The notes below the pieces were generated by a model. It was given only the letters and a program-made list of their open reading frames with translations. It was not told where the DNA came from and made no database searches. Position numbers and translations under genes: made by a program. A stretch of DNA of 64,000 nt. Origin: Takakia lepidozioides. Lineage: Eukaryota; Plantae; Bryophyta. Positions 26,496 through 40,289 of this stretch are shown in pieces. Where the stretch lies: the NCBI GenBank assembly GCA_030704615.1, contig CM060731.1, positions 4,154,001 to 4,218,000 of the forward strand. Direction: 5' to 3'. Each line of letters starts with the position of its first letter. Position 1 is the first letter of the stretch.

Positions 26496-29400
26496 ATGGC
26501 ACACCATTCCTGCTGCGGTGTAACATTTTGGCTCTATCTTCTCATAATATTGGGATTGGTGCTATTTGCGGGCTTGATGTCGGGGCTCACATTGGGCCTC
26601 ATGTCTTTGGGACTCGTGGACCTTGAAGTTCTTCGAAAATCAGGCACTGTTTCGGACCGCAAGCATGCTGGTTTGCCTCCTTTTCCAGTCTACTTCTATC
26701 TTATATGCACACCTGCCACTGTTCTTCTTCCACGCTCTTTCTTTGTCTTTTGGCTATGAACAAATATAGCGTGATATAGTGGAGAAAGTTGTTTACGTCA
26801 CTAATTTACCCTTCAAAAAACATTCACTAGGTACCTTAAACCCCAAGAGGCTAGCTGTTCTGCCCCACTTTCTGTCTCTCTTTCGTCATGTCATAGGCAC
26901 ATTATAACGAGGTAATGTGCATGTTGTCTCTTAGTTATAGGAAAGATGAGAAAAACTGGCGGGTTGGTGGGAGTCACTGACTGCATCTTGCATCTTACAG
27001 CTAATTTTACAGGACTTGAATTCCTACTTGACTGGTTGGGGTTGAATTTGTCCAGAAAAAATATTACCCGTGGTGAAGAACCAGCATTTGCTGCTGTGTA
27101 CCCTGTTGATAGGGAATTCGCTCGCCATGGAGGTATGCTGAGCATGAAATTCTAATTGATTTTCGCCTACAAGGGCAGAGAGTAAATTTAACTACAACCT
27201 TGTGTTCTTTATTGCTGCTGAAGTTTCTGTAGAGCATTGTGTACAGTGTGCACAATCAAATTTTGCATGGAAGATCCACATAGATTTAATGGAGTGTAAT
27301 TACTTTTTAGCACCCCTGCACTTGTCGGCAAGTTTGTATTTGAAGCATTTACGCCTTGTGCATAAAGGTTCTTGGTTATTAGCTTTGATCACTTGATGTG
27401 CAGGCACTTCCCATATTTTTGGATTCATTGGTTAATGCTTGGAGTGCTGTCCTCATCTCAGTTACCTTGATTCTCTTGTTTGGAGAGGTAAGTAATGGTC
27501 TCGTTGCTCACAAGTGCTCTTATCATATGAGGCAATATACATTGAAAGCTTGAGAGATAAAGATAACTAAATGAGGGGAATAATAAGTATATAGAGTGTG
27601 TGGTGACTCGATACTGGCTTTTAGTCCGTATACACATCGTCCATGCAAAGAGGTTATGAATGTAAATTTCATTAAAGTTGTTGGCTAAGGTTCGAGATCC
27701 TACTCCTTGGTTGATAGCTTGAACAACCATCCTAATCAGATGGATTAAAAAATATAGCCCTAATTACAATGCACAGTTTAGCCCGTGAAGGGCTTATGCA
27801 GACCTGGGAGAGGGTGGGGAGTCATTGAGGCACAGTAAGTGCCTTAATGATGATATCAGAATTTTGATCTAAGTATGTGTCTAAAGCCTGCAGAATACCG
27901 AAGGTTACATTCCAAGCAGACGACAAGTTTCTATTTTCTAGGAGACACATAGTTGTCTGGCAGTCACTGTGGCAGGACCGTGCTACAGTCCTGAATTAAG
28001 TTTCATCAAATGTCAGTCATCTAGTATGATGCTGCTCTGGACAGGCAACAATGTCTGTCTATTGTTTTGTTGCATAGGTGCTCATTGGTGCGGTAGTATT
28101 CTTGCCTGGTCTAACAAAGCACTTGTGTATGAGTTCAGATCATCCCTCAGGCAGTTTGTTCTCGATATGGCTTGGCTGTTGGGGCAGCCATGACACCAGT
28201 GGTTCGTGTGCTTGTTATACTTTTCTCACCAGTTGCCTATCCTATTAGCATGGTATGACACTTTTACTTTCCGTTCCTATTCCTGCCATTGCAACCCGAT
28301 TTTTTTGCAGTCCAGGGGTTCATTTGTAGTATAGATATTCTTGGAAGTTACTCCATATGCATGCAAACTGCCTGCTTAAGGGATTTGCAAAATGCATCAA
28401 TGCTTGGCTGCAGGTGTAGAAGCATGGTCCTTCCCAATGAAGTACATGCCTCTACAAGCATATTGCATAGTAAACTTTCAGGTAAACTTAGGTCAAAGTT
28501 GCTGATCTGCCTCCAGGCCTCCCTCAAATAAATAGTCCATGATTCATTGAAACTGCACTGAGCAATTGATCTGGATCCCAAAGGGCCTTGTATGCATAGA
28601 CACACATGCCTCTCCACCACTTTACCTTCCAAGCTCTTCTTTTCCATTCTGTCTTTGTTTCTTTATTCCAACATTTTGCTATTGATGGTGCAGCTACTGG
28701 ACAAGATTCTAGGAAGAGGCCATGTGGCACTTTTCCGCCGGGCTGAACTCAAGACACTCGTAAACATGCATGGGAATGAGGTGAGCTCTCTTTCTTGGTG
28801 AGTTGGCTATAATCTGGAAGGTGTCCCTCCTCCAGTGTTTATGAATTCAAAAGTTAGGATGACAATCAACATTACCCAAATCTACACATACCTGTGCTTG
28901 ACTTCAAATCAAACATCAGGGAAAGGAGCGTGGAAAGAGTATTTAGTAAATGACAAAGATAAGGCTGTTAATATTCTCCACTGCAGGGCAGGCTATGAAG
29001 GTTGCTTACATTTCTAAAGTATATTTCTTCATGGTCTTCATCTTGACTGAATGGTAGTCTACAAGAAGCTTCTAGATGTCTAGTGTATCTATAGGTGTGT
29101 AGCAACAAGACTCGTGATGAGGCAATTGAGTGGCTGGTGAAAATTGTAAACGAGGTTACATTTACTAGTCCCACCATGTATCCATTTATGCAGGCTGGTA
29201 AAGGTGGGGAGTTGACGCACGATGAGACGACAATTATTGCTGGGGCTCTGGAGCTGACAGAGAAAACAGCAGCCCAAGCAATGACTCCCATCAGCTCTGT
29301 TTTTTCGTTAGATGTGAATGCGAAACTGGACCTGTATGTACTATGTTCATGTTTCTTGAAGGGTTTGGTTGTCTATAACTGAAGGTCAGGAGATGTTGGG

Positions 29401-32400
29401 TTAAGTTTCATTGTGTTTCCCTGCCCCATTTATTAGTTTATTTCCTCACTGAGTTTAAGCTTTGGAGATGCCATTGGGAACCTTCCCCTTACAGAAGTGT
29501 AGATTTCCATATCCAGAACCAGCCAATTTCGCCCCGGACACAGAATATTTAGTAGCTTGAAATTTTGGCAATGACAACATCACTAGTTTTGCAGTTATCT
29601 AAGTCAGGCCTTTCCAACATATTGTGAAGAATCAAAACTGCACATGTAGGGTAGTATTTAGAGTCTTCCAGTTTTTCCAGCTTGGTGAAAGTGGCCAACT
29701 ATTGTATCAGGGAACCCAAAGGAATGCGGGACCAAAAATCACTCTTCAACAGACATGGAACATTTACATCCAAAAGTTGTGGTGGTCCAAGTCAGCTCCT
29801 TCATCCTGTGACTTTAAAGTGCAAGATGTCATTGTCCATGATCAATGGATCAAGAACACAAGGCTGGAGATCAATAGGTTATCAGTTTTGTTCATGGAAA
29901 GAGTAAACCAATGTGTCACAAGTGTGTGCACAGTTACCTCCATTCTGTTTCCTAATGCGTCTGGATAATTGACATGCCCCATCTTTACCGAAGCTTTCAT
30001 GACCTTGTTGTTCGGGGCATCCCTGTCAGGGCCTCTAGGGTCACAAATGGCATGGCATGTCTGGGAGCTACACAAGTTCCTAGCTGGTGGATAGCAAGGG
30101 ATGAAGCAAGAAGGATCTAATTAGTTCCCCTATTTTGATAAATTCCATATCTGCCACAAACTTGATTTGTGACAGGTTTTCAGCAAACTCATCATATAGG
30201 TACACTGATATCTCTCAATTTATTAGGTCTTACATGGAAGAATCCATCACTTGTGCTTGGCTTCATGCTGGCTTGTAGCTTGTCTTATCTGTGGTCTGTG
30301 TCTCATACCAAACCTATAGGTGTATTATTGTCTGCATGGATAGGTTGGTTTTTGACTCCTGGTGGCGCATGTTTCAGTGAAACCATGAATTTGATAATGG
30401 CGATAGGACACAGCCGGATTCCGGTCTATTCAGAATCTCCAACTAATATAATTGGTCTCGTTCTGGTCAGTGCCTTCTACTCAGCTTTCTTGCAAGTTTT
30501 CAAGTAGATGTAAAACCTGGGTAAGTCTCTTATGGTGGATTGACAGCTTGCAATAGAGATGACGAGCAGTGAGAGTAGAAATTTACCAAATTTGGCAATG
30601 AACAGTTACTACGCACCATAAATGATATTGCAGTTTTCGGCCCATGAAGTTGATGTGATAGCCATTTGCTTAGCAGGATTTTAAAGATGGGAAAATCCTA
30701 CTCCTTGCAAGCTTGTAGAGATAAATATAGTGCTGGTTGCCTTCTGCTGATGGTTGTTAATTTGCCAGGTTGTTGTGTGGTCACTACATTAGGCAAGATT
30801 CAGCTAATTGGTCTGCGCTTATCAGTGGCCTTTCATCTAAGTAAATATCTCAGGGTTTTACCATGTGACAGGTGAAGAATTTACTGACTTTGCGTCCTCA
30901 AGACGAGACACCTGTCAAAAATTGCACAATTCGAAAAATTCCTAGGTATCCATCTCTGGACCCTCCAACTAACTTCAAGCACGTTGAGCATGATGTGGTA
31001 GTATTCCTCCACATTTAATCATCTTACACATTTGCTATTTTCATAATCACCAAGTTGTGTTGGCGACTGGTGGACAGGGTAGCAGAAGCAATGCCTCTCT
31101 ATGACATTTTGAATGATTTTCAGAAGGGGCATAGCCATATGGCTGTGGTTGTCAAGTACAGCAAAGAGAAGGCCGATTCCTTATACGGCAATGGTGATAC
31201 CAAAGGGGATCAAAGACTAAGCTCTAGAAGGCAATCGGCATCCAAGTCCTTGCGTGGTACAAACTCTCTCTGTGCCCAACAGACCTGAATGGACACCAAA
31301 CAGATCAAACCCGGATGTCACTAGGCTGGGGGGCAGGGACTTGACGAGATTGTCAGAGCGTTTATTTTGGTTTTTAGAGCTCGTTAGGAACTTCCTTTTG
31401 GGCCCATGAGGCCCTCCGGGCCATGCTCCAGTGGATGTGCCATTTCTCTTCCTCCATTTCCTTTCCTCCTCTTCTCACAATTGGACATATTACATTTTGC
31501 TCACATTCTGCATACCTCTTTTTGGCTACAGCTGTTGGTGCCTACAAATTCTTGGCACTTGATATTCCAGAAGGAGACGACCGTAAAGATGGAATGACTG
31601 AAAATTATTCACCTCAGAGAAGGCTGCCAGAAATAGGTGTGTTTATTGACAATGGCGGCCCTCTGCCAACTGACATCAAGTCAGGGAAATCAACCATACC
31701 CCTGTCTGTTTCTATACCTGTTGTTCGAATAAACGAGGATGGAGAGGGTGGCTTGTTACACAGTCAGCGCAGTAAGAAGTGGGAACATACTGGAACTGGC
31801 AATGTGTTAGAAATAAGGGAGGAATCACTGCCAAGCTTTCCGAATGATGAGGAGGTTGTGGGTATAATAACCATGGAGGACCTAATCGAGGAGCTCTTAC
31901 AGGTTGGTTCTCTCCCACTGTGCTCTTTACCGGTTGTCTCTGTGAATGTGAGGAAACAAGAGTGAAGTCCTGGACTTTCATGGAGCTCTCACTATCTCCT
32001 GGAACTGGGCTCGGTTTTTGTACCCACAGCCTGCATGATTCTCTCTCTACTGATTTAATTGAAGTGGCACAATTTACCTTGACTCCAGCTGACGTTTGAC
32101 TAAACTCCCCGTGAAATTGTCAATGAATCTAAAAAGTCCCAGGGACACTAGGTCTGGTCTTCACCATGCATTTTTACAAATGTGTCCTTTCAAAATGTGG
32201 TCTTTTCTTCACCATGCATTTTACAAATGTGTCATTTCAAAATAGAAGTTAGTTGAGGACTGCAGGGTTCATGTGAGTGCATGATTGATGGCTTCTCTGT
32301 TTTTTGTAGGCATCTTGTCCAGTGGAAGTGTTTGGTGCATGTTTGCTTCTCAAATTTATGCTGTGAATTATCAAATAGGGATAATACCAGAGTTGGTCAA

Positions 32401-34353
32401 GACCCTAATTGGCCACGTGTGCTTGGTTACCTTTTTTTAATTTTCACCTATTTGCTTACAATACTTTTATCCTCCATGCTAGGAATTCTACTTATGGTTG
32501 CTTGTATCAGGAGGAAATTTTGGATGAGACGGATGAGTACATTGATGTTCACAACAAGTAAGTTTCAAGTCCTCTTTTTAAGATCGTCAGTCCAATCACT
32601 TTAGGATCCTCTCTACATACAGCATATCAGAGGAAAGTAAAGTGGACCTTACTTTAAAGGAAACTTGAAGTTCTGAAGACAAACATTTTCAAGCTCTGGA
32701 ATCTAGCTCACGGAAACTTGCTACATGTAATTGATGGTATTCACATCGTCGCAAGACGAGAGAAAGTGAACACTGATGGCATCAAATTCCAGCCATACAT
32801 TACAAGTGTCATTTTGGCTTTGGTGTAGATCAAATCATAGAGGAAGGCACCACCAAAACAGAATTTAAGAAAGTATTTGTTTCTACATCAGTATGTTGGT
32901 GTTTGATTTGCTTACATACCGGATAATGTACATGCTAATCAAGTTCAGCATTTGACATTAGGTGGCGGCATTTCCACAAGTCATTTTCAGCTGTTGGATA
33001 TCTACCAGCCTTAGCACTTGTAGTCTCGTCGGTCTTTTTGTCTTCCCCACCTTCGTTGGTCTATAAGAAAGCCCTAGAACCTAACTGTCCTGTAATCTTA
33101 ACCATCTGTAGTTGTTGCTCCCGTCAAAATTGGGAGGTAATAATAGTGTTAATCATTGTTCAGTCAGTCTTGATCAATTCGTCCGATGATGTGAAAATCC
33201 GCATTCCTGTTAACTTTGATATCTGTTGGCATACTAACAGGATTAGGGTGAATTTGTTACCACCTGGGGGAAGGTCACCATTGTCTCCGAGAAAACATCC
33301 TCTTTCACCAGCAGCTGCATCGCCACTGAGATTGAATGTCCTAGCACCTCTACAAGAATCACCATCCGCTTCTCCCCACCTCACCTCTTCAGGTTCTACC
33401 GGGACTTCCGTGCCCTCTACCTCATCACCCTCCTTAACTGGGCCTTCAGACGCCCACAGCCAGCCACATCAAAATATTTCTCAGAATGTAAGTGATGCTT
33501 TATGCCGACAACACCTTCCTTAACATCAAAAGCTGTAGTACTCTGTGTGTATAGTTTTGGTCGGACGGAAGGGAGGTTGGAGGGGTGGGTACACAGTCAG
33601 TTGAATGAAGTTCTAGATTTGACCTTATTGGCTCTATTATGTAAGTATTTGAGAATTCTAGACGTGACACTCTTTAAGTTGATACCCGTTTAAATCTCTG
33701 CTCATAAACTATGGGCATTTGCTTGTGTCATTGAAACTGATGTTAAGAATGTGGAAAGCAATGCATAGATTTGCAAAAGCTAGGGAAAGGAATGGTATTT
33801 TGAGAGATGTTGCTAACCAAAGACTAAGTTGAAGAAATCCTTCTAAATTTGCTAAAGATAGAAACAACTTGACAAACCCTTGTGGATATTTAGGTTCCTG
33901 CTTTACCACCTCTCTTCGATGTGGGCATGACTCTGTGTATGATTTGACAGGCAGGATTTGGAGGTGAGAGTGGGAGTATAGGATATAGTTGAAATATGCT
34001 GGTAGTGGGAGGCCTAACATTTCCCTGCTTGTGATGTGTATGATAACTGCAGGGCATTGTCCTGAAGCATACTGATTTGAAGGAGCCTCCGGATAGATAA
34101 CACATACACACCATACAGATGTTGCATTCATAATCCTTGAAATAGCTTAGAAATACTCATACTGTTCCAAGTACTGTTGTTCCAACAAGGCCAGGCAAGG
34201 TTGATGATGTGAATAACATATAAACTATGGACGAATTGAATATGGTTAACTCGTTTTGCTATCCAGAAGTTTTTCAATAGTAAGAAGCCCTTTGAGTTGA
34301 AGAGGCTCAATATGTTGCAGATGCTATGTCTTGTCTTTCATGGTCCTACCTGA
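26496..34353 (+). CDS. DUF21 + CBS-domain (CNNM/CorC-like, plant MGR/CBSDUF-type) membrane protein, 12-13 exons
   Basis: Exons with GT-AG borders at about 26496-26670, 27056-27132, 27404-27487, 28139-28252, 28694-28780, 29194-29333, 30378-30465, 30872-30945, 31078-31256, 31532-31902, 32511-32557 and 33241-33487. Possible last exon 34321-34353; otherwise the stop is at 33523. Motifs [90 protein letters not shown]. Confidence 0.93.
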
Positions 34354-35101
34354 CGCAGGGGCATGAGATTCCAACTCAGCTATGATTCTGGGGATGTGCC
34401 AAGACCTAGATTTGGTCGTTGTTTTCTCTTAGCATTGACGTAGATGGCTGTTGAAGGTGGTGGTTTTGTTCGAGATTTCTCAGGAGATCCGAAACATAGC
34501 CAAGCGGAGGCAAAGGGGAGTCCACTAGCCCTATTGACGAACCACCCAATACCAACGGTTATTTGATGATAACCACCAGTTATTTAAGTTTTTCCCTAGT
34601 AGCTGAAACCATAGGTTATATCTAGTGATAAAAAATAAATCTTGCACGAGGTTGTCCTGAAGGTCGACAAGATAAAGGCGATTGGATTGGCCAATGAGAA
34701 GGGCGGGCTGGGCTGCTGAAATGCGTGAATATTGAGGACACGTGTAGCGGGTACCATAGAAACAGCAAGGGGGTTCTAGAGCCTTCAAGAAAGAAAGACG
34801 ACGAGGCGGCTCGCTCTACAACATTCCAAAAGGACGATCTCGAAAGGTCGTGACGACGCTGCAGGAGTTGTGCCAGGAGGGTGGTGGGGCGAGTGACTTG
34901 CTGAGCGTAGATTGTGGTGGGCCAGCAACTTGCTGCTGTAACGTACGATGGTGGGGCCCACTGAATGAGTTGCGGCTGCTGGATCAGGAGGCTAGTGCCG
35001 GCTAGGGTGGGGTCGAGTGAGTTGCTTGGGGCACAGGTGTGGAAGCATGGCTGCATAGGTCGGAGCAAATGAGATCCAACGTGATACGGTATAACTAAAA
35101 A

Positions 35102-35862
35102 ATGCCGCAGATGAAAGTAGTGGCTAGGGAGAGAACAAAAGAAAAATGCAAGACCAATGAGAAATATCTGGAAGCTAGTGTTTGTTACCATTGGTGTCGG
35201 TGCAGCAGATATAGACATCCCATGCTTACAGAAGATGGAAAATTTCCGTGTCGGCATCTCCGGATTGTTTGCATTGGATTGTTTGCATTGGAGAAGGATG
35301 ACACTTTCACCTTCACTTGCAAATGGTTTGCACGGTATATGTTTCCAGCTTGTTGATGTTAAACAAGCTCATCAAAAAACAACTTGGATGGGACAGTGAT
35401 CTCAAAGTTGTGTTTCCGGGACATGTAGTACATTGCAAAGCGCTTCGTGGAAAAGGTCTTTACACTTTTATTGGGATGGTTGGTTACTGTTTGAAGAATA
35501 TCGACAAACCTGGTTTCAAATTTGTGCATCGCAATGTTAGTTCCGAACAGATGAAGAGTGGGCTTGATGAGTATGTCAAGTAACACGCATCATCAATTAA
35601 AAACCAAATGTGTCTCACACATCAAAATTTACTGGAGCGCGCACAAATGTGGTCAAAGCACAAAATGGGAAGGCAATTTGGTACCGCCTTGCCCAGTGTT
35701 CTCTTCAACATGTTGAAATCAGGTCAATTTTATCCTACATCATCTTGGGTTGTTTCGTTTAAAAATACCGGCATGGATTTAAATAGAGCTCAATCGATCT
35801 TAAAGGCAATGATCGAGCCGCATGTGTTAGAAATGGTAGACGTAGTACGGATTGTTTTTTAA
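35102..35862 (+). pseudogene. Replitron-type Rep/HUH (Y1) transposase, disrupted
   Basis: GLFALE..HLHLQMV (HUH), LNKLIKKQLGW, TFIGMVGYCLK (YxxK), HRNVS, MLKSGQFYPTSSWV, GMDLNRA. A 14-bp tandem duplication GGATTGTTTGCATT (35262-35289) and a stop at 35581-35583 break the frame. No helicase domain. Confidence 0.8.
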
Positions 35863-36092
35863 TGTGATATATCTAGTTCCCGTTTGTGGGTATTGTATTG
35901 TACTGAGCTTGCAAAGAAGGCTACTGTTGAATCGGGGCTGTCCGGTTCTACAGATTCAGTCAAGAGTCTTCCTACTCCAATGCATACTTTGGTTGCTCAA
36001 CAGCTTCCGTACATCCCCGTCTTTGGTAGAACTCATCGAGACTTGTCGGAATGAGCATGCATTTAAAATCTGTACATTTGCTTCCTTCTGTG

Positions 36093-36181
36093 TGTCGTGC
36101 GCATACATATCGCTACACAACTACATCGCTGTCCAAACCACACCACGCATATATGCACAATAAAGTAGTCTGCCACAATCG
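36093..36181. repeat. Repeat Y, terminal copy (89 bp)
   Basis: Matches 36535-36623 with 1 mismatch. Confidence 0.95.
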
Positions 36182-36532
36182 ATAAGAAAGAACTAAACTC
36201 AAATAACAAGATAAACACAAAACACAACACCATCACTCTTTAAAATAATAGTCGAGCCACCAGAGGCACCCCAAGCTATAGGGACTCCACCCCACAACAA
36301 CCTATCATCCCTTCATAAGCACACTCAGGTTCTGAACGGTGAAGGAGCTCGGTCGTGCAGGCTCAACTCGAGAGAGATGAGCCGCACGACTGACGCTCTC
36401 GTGAAGATAAGACGGTTCAGGTGTCAAACTAAACTTGACACCTGACTTAACACTAGAACTAAATCCAAGTGTTAAATACAAATAACTAGTTTTATTCTAG
36501 TTAGTTTCACACTGTGTTTATTTAACTTGACA
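36181..36532. repeat. Repeat X (LTR-like, about 350 bp), 3' copy
   Basis: Matches 48175-48523 with about 7 substitutions and one 3-bp indel. Confidence 0.95.
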
Positions 36533-36534
36533 GC

Positions 36535-36623
36535 TGTCGTGCGCATACATATCGCTACACAACTACATCGCTGTTCAAACCACACCACGCATATATGCAC
36601 AATAAAGTAGTCTGCCACAATCG
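36535..36623. repeat. Repeat Y, internal copy, preceded on the minus strand by purine tract AGGGGGG (36624-36630)
   Basis: Joined to X through the palindrome GACAGCTGTC (36529-36538). Confidence 0.95.
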
Positions 36624-36879
36624 CCCCCCTAGCTGGTGGATAGGTCCCTCTAACTCCAGATAGCTACAAGATGTAATAGCCACAGCCGTACTAAGTCATC
36701 TATCACTGTCCCTATTGTACTCAAACTCTATAGACCAAGAGGCCGGGTACAAGAGTAGCCCCATCGTTAGTCGCCGTCTTGCAATCTGTGAACTTGAGCC
36801 AGGATCTCGTGTGTTCAAGGTCTCCTAGTAGCTTGGCCTTGCGTTTCTTGTTAGCCTTCCATGGTTGTATCCACTCCCA

Positions 36880-38200
36880 CTATCCAATGCAATGTGGACA
36901 TAACCAATCCCCATCCGGAACCATCTCAAGAGGTGGAGTCAAGCATCCCATATGCCAACCTCTCGAGCATCGATCACACACCAGCATGGTGGCTGCCCCT
37001 CTAGCAGACCCACACAACATGCACCTCAAACTTGCAGATACCACTGCCAGGTTTGGGTCAATCCTACCATCGACATTCGGAAGGTGACATGACGCACAAT
37101 TACGCACATGGTCCTTCCAAGTTATGCCATCCCGACCCTCCAAGATCAAGACACCTGAAGACAAGACCTCTCGAACCCTCAAAATAACACGTCCTGCAGT
37201 CACATCCAAGGTCGTAGGAACAGTCTGCTGCAGATAGACATAGTCGCCAGGGTTGAATCTCCGAACCCCAGGACGATAACCCCCACCACGTATGGTAGCA
37301 TACCTCAACGTATCACGATGTTGTGCAATGACAAGGTTCTCGAAAAGCCATGGGCATGACTTTCTTGAACAACTCTGCATACTGCTCACATGCACGTGCC
37401 CACACGTCCGGATTGTCAAGGTTAAGAACTGTAGCAGCTTCTCTGTGAATGGATGTAGGCAAATCCGACTCTCGGCCAAAGAGAAGAAAGTATGGTGAGA
37501 AGGAGGCAAGTGATGCTTGCTTGCTGAACCTGTAGCCCATGGCTAACCAGGGTAACTGAAGGTCCCAATCTCCTAGGTATCCCTTCTGCAAGCCATACTT
37601 GCGCAAACCCCTCTTTAATGTCTGAACAACCCTCTCTGCCAAGCCATCGGCCACAGGATGATCCCGAGAAGTGGTACGGTGGTCTACCAAGGCCTTGTCA
37701 CACAAAGCCTGAAACTCCCCCAAGAACTCTCTCCCTTGGTCCGTGAGTACCTCAGCTGGAGCACCGAATCGGCTAAGCACACAATCCAAGAATGCATACG
37801 CAGCTCCCTCACTAGCCTTATCTGGCAATGGAACCAACTCGATCCACTTGGAGAAGTGTTCCACCATCACCAACACGTACTTGTTGTGGCGCATGGTCAG
37901 TGGCAACGGCCCTGCGAAGTCAAGACTTCACCTATAGCCCAATCCCATGATCGAAAGAGGGTGCAATTGTGGAGTAAGGGCGTTGAATGAAGCACGCACC
38001 CTGTCACATACCATGCACCTAGCCACAAATTGTTGCACCTCTGTGTGCATACCACGCCACCAATACTGCCCCTGCAGTAGACTATGAGTGTGTCGCACCC
38101 CAAAATGCCCCAACTCCTCATGGGCATGCCGCACTAACCGTGCCCGCTGTGTTGGGTGAGGCACAATCCTCACTCGACCATCCTCCCACACTCGGAGCAG
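36880..38200 (-). pseudogene. Integrase (H2C2 + rve core) with C-terminal PHD finger
   Basis: HAHEELGHFG..CMVC; VMVEHFSKWIELVPL, EVLTDQGREF, GLAERVVQTLK; PHD CMLC..MLVCDRCSRGWHMGCLTPPLEMVPDGDWLCPHC at about 36883-37023. Confidence 0.92.
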
Positions 38201-38549
38201 GTGTGTCCCCTCCCACTTGAACCTCTTGGCTCGTTGTAGGATCCGATCCCTCTCCTTGGTAGTCACAGTGGCTGTCGTGTCTCCAGTACGGAAATAGTCC
38301 AACACAGCTGAATCCTCATGTATATCTTTGGCGCCACCTTGCTCATTGCTGGCCTCAGGGTCCTCAGACACTTGATCTACAATCATCCCTGTTGCAGGTC
38401 GAACCTGACCTTCCGCTGCCAAGATACACAGAAATGCAGATGCATGCCATCCGGGCACCATCTCCTCATCCGTCTCACCATGCCACCGAGCTTCAGTGTC
38501 ATCCTGCTGGCTCGTGCATGGATTGCGACTCAACCCATCTGCATTGCGA

Positions 38550-39890
38550 TTGACCAAACCTGGTCGATGCACAACCTGAAAGTCATACTCTTGAAGGATG
38601 AGTGCCCACCGTGCAAGCTTCCCCGTAAGCTTGTCTGACTCCATCAACCACTTGAGTGGTTGGTGATCCGTGACAAGGGTGAAGAGATTGTTGTATAGAT
38701 AGTCACCTAAAGTGTGCCACGGCCCACACTGCAGCTAAGCATTCTCCCTCATATGAGCTATACTTAGACTCTGCAGCGTTGTTCGAGCGGCTAGCATAAG
38801 CCACTACGAACTCTCTTCCCTCATCATCCACCTGTGTGAGCACCGCCCCAAGCCCCAGCATGCTCCAATCTGTATGCAGCTGAAAAGGACGCCCCCTGAT
38901 AGGTCGTCTCAACATGGGTGCCGAGGTCAACCTCGCCTTGAGCTCTTGAAAAGCTTGTTCTTGCTCATCTTCCCACTGCCACTCCTGGTCCACCTTGGTC
39001 AGCTTGGTTAGAGCCTTTGCAATGGCACTAAATCCCTTAAAAAACCGTCTATAATAGTTTGCTAACCCCATGAAAGCTCGAACTCGGCTCACATCCATGG
39101 GGCGTGGAATCTGTGCAATGGACTCTACCTTACTCTACTGTACCCCCAATCCTCCAGGATATATCATGTGACCCAGATACTCAATCTGGTTGTGGAAAAA
39201 CTTGCACTTTCCCGGATGTAACTTCAATCCGTGCGTCCTCAAGCGCTCAAATACCACCTGAAGGTGTCTCTCATGCTCCTCCACCGTAGCACTAAAGATG
39301 ATGATGTCATCTATGTAGCACCGAGCAAACTTCACCCCTGCTAGAATCCTGTCCATGACTATTTGAAACTCTGAAGGAGCATTTTTAAGCCCAAATGGTA
39401 AGAACCGCCACTGGTATAGGCAATCCTTCCCGTGCTCATTGATCCCCCAAAATGCCGTCTTCTGCTTATCCGCCTCCTTGATCGGCAACTGGTGATATCC
39501 GGATCGTAAATCCAAAGTGCTAAAGACCTTGGCATGCCCAATGGCATCAAAGATCTCCTCTGGTGTCGGCATAGCATACCTATCGGACTTGGTCTGACGA
39601 TTTACAGGCCGGTAATCACCGCACATACGTCTCTCCGTCCAATTGTCATAGACATCATTCTTGGCTGGCATCACAGTGGCTGAAGCATACTCTCCCCCAT
39701 ATAGCTCCACCAAACCCGCCTCCCAAAGGTCCTGAGTTCTCATCTGAATCAAGGACCTCTCCATGTCACTGTATCTATAGGGTCTCCAAAAGATTGGCGT
39801 GTCAGTAGCCAATTCAATGCGAATCTCTTGACCCTTTAGTGCTCCTAAGTCCTTCAAACTGAAGGCAAAGCAGTTCGTGTAAGCCCTCAA
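38550..39890 (-). pseudogene. Reverse transcriptase and RNase H (gypsy type)
   Basis: RMCGDYRPVN, FSTLDLRSGYHQL, LPFGLKNAP, YIDDIIIFS, YLGH; FMGLANYYRRF, LHTDWSMLGLGAVL, YSSYEGECLAAVWAV, ARWALILQEYDF. Confidence 0.95.
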
Positions 39891-40289
39891 GAACCGCCGT
39901 ATACGTCGTCTCTCTCCTCCGGTGACTATAGGTCCAACATCAGGCTCCCAGTTGTCCTCCGTGACTGCAACCTTGAGTCCAGCAGGCTTAGAGGTAGAAG
40001 ACGCGTCTCGTGGTTGCTATGCTGCAACCTCTTGAGCAGTGATCATTGCCTCCTCTATCAGTGACAATGTCTCACCCTGCCCCATCATCCCATCCTTGAG
40101 GACCTCCTCAACCCGAGAAAAATCCCCAACCTGATCCATCACCGCCGCCTTGGCTGCCAACTCATTCTGAACCTCGAGCACCTCCCACGTGTGCCATGGA
40201 TGCGGCCTGCACCTCGTGGTCCTCACCTGCTCGCCCCCCACTCGCTGCCTGTACCGTCTCGGTAGGCAGGGAGACCATGAAGGGAAGTG

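Noticed and set aside
27064-34310. Many short antisense or intronic ORFs in the ORF track across the CNNM gene
   Set aside because: They are explained as intron sequence or shadows of real exons.
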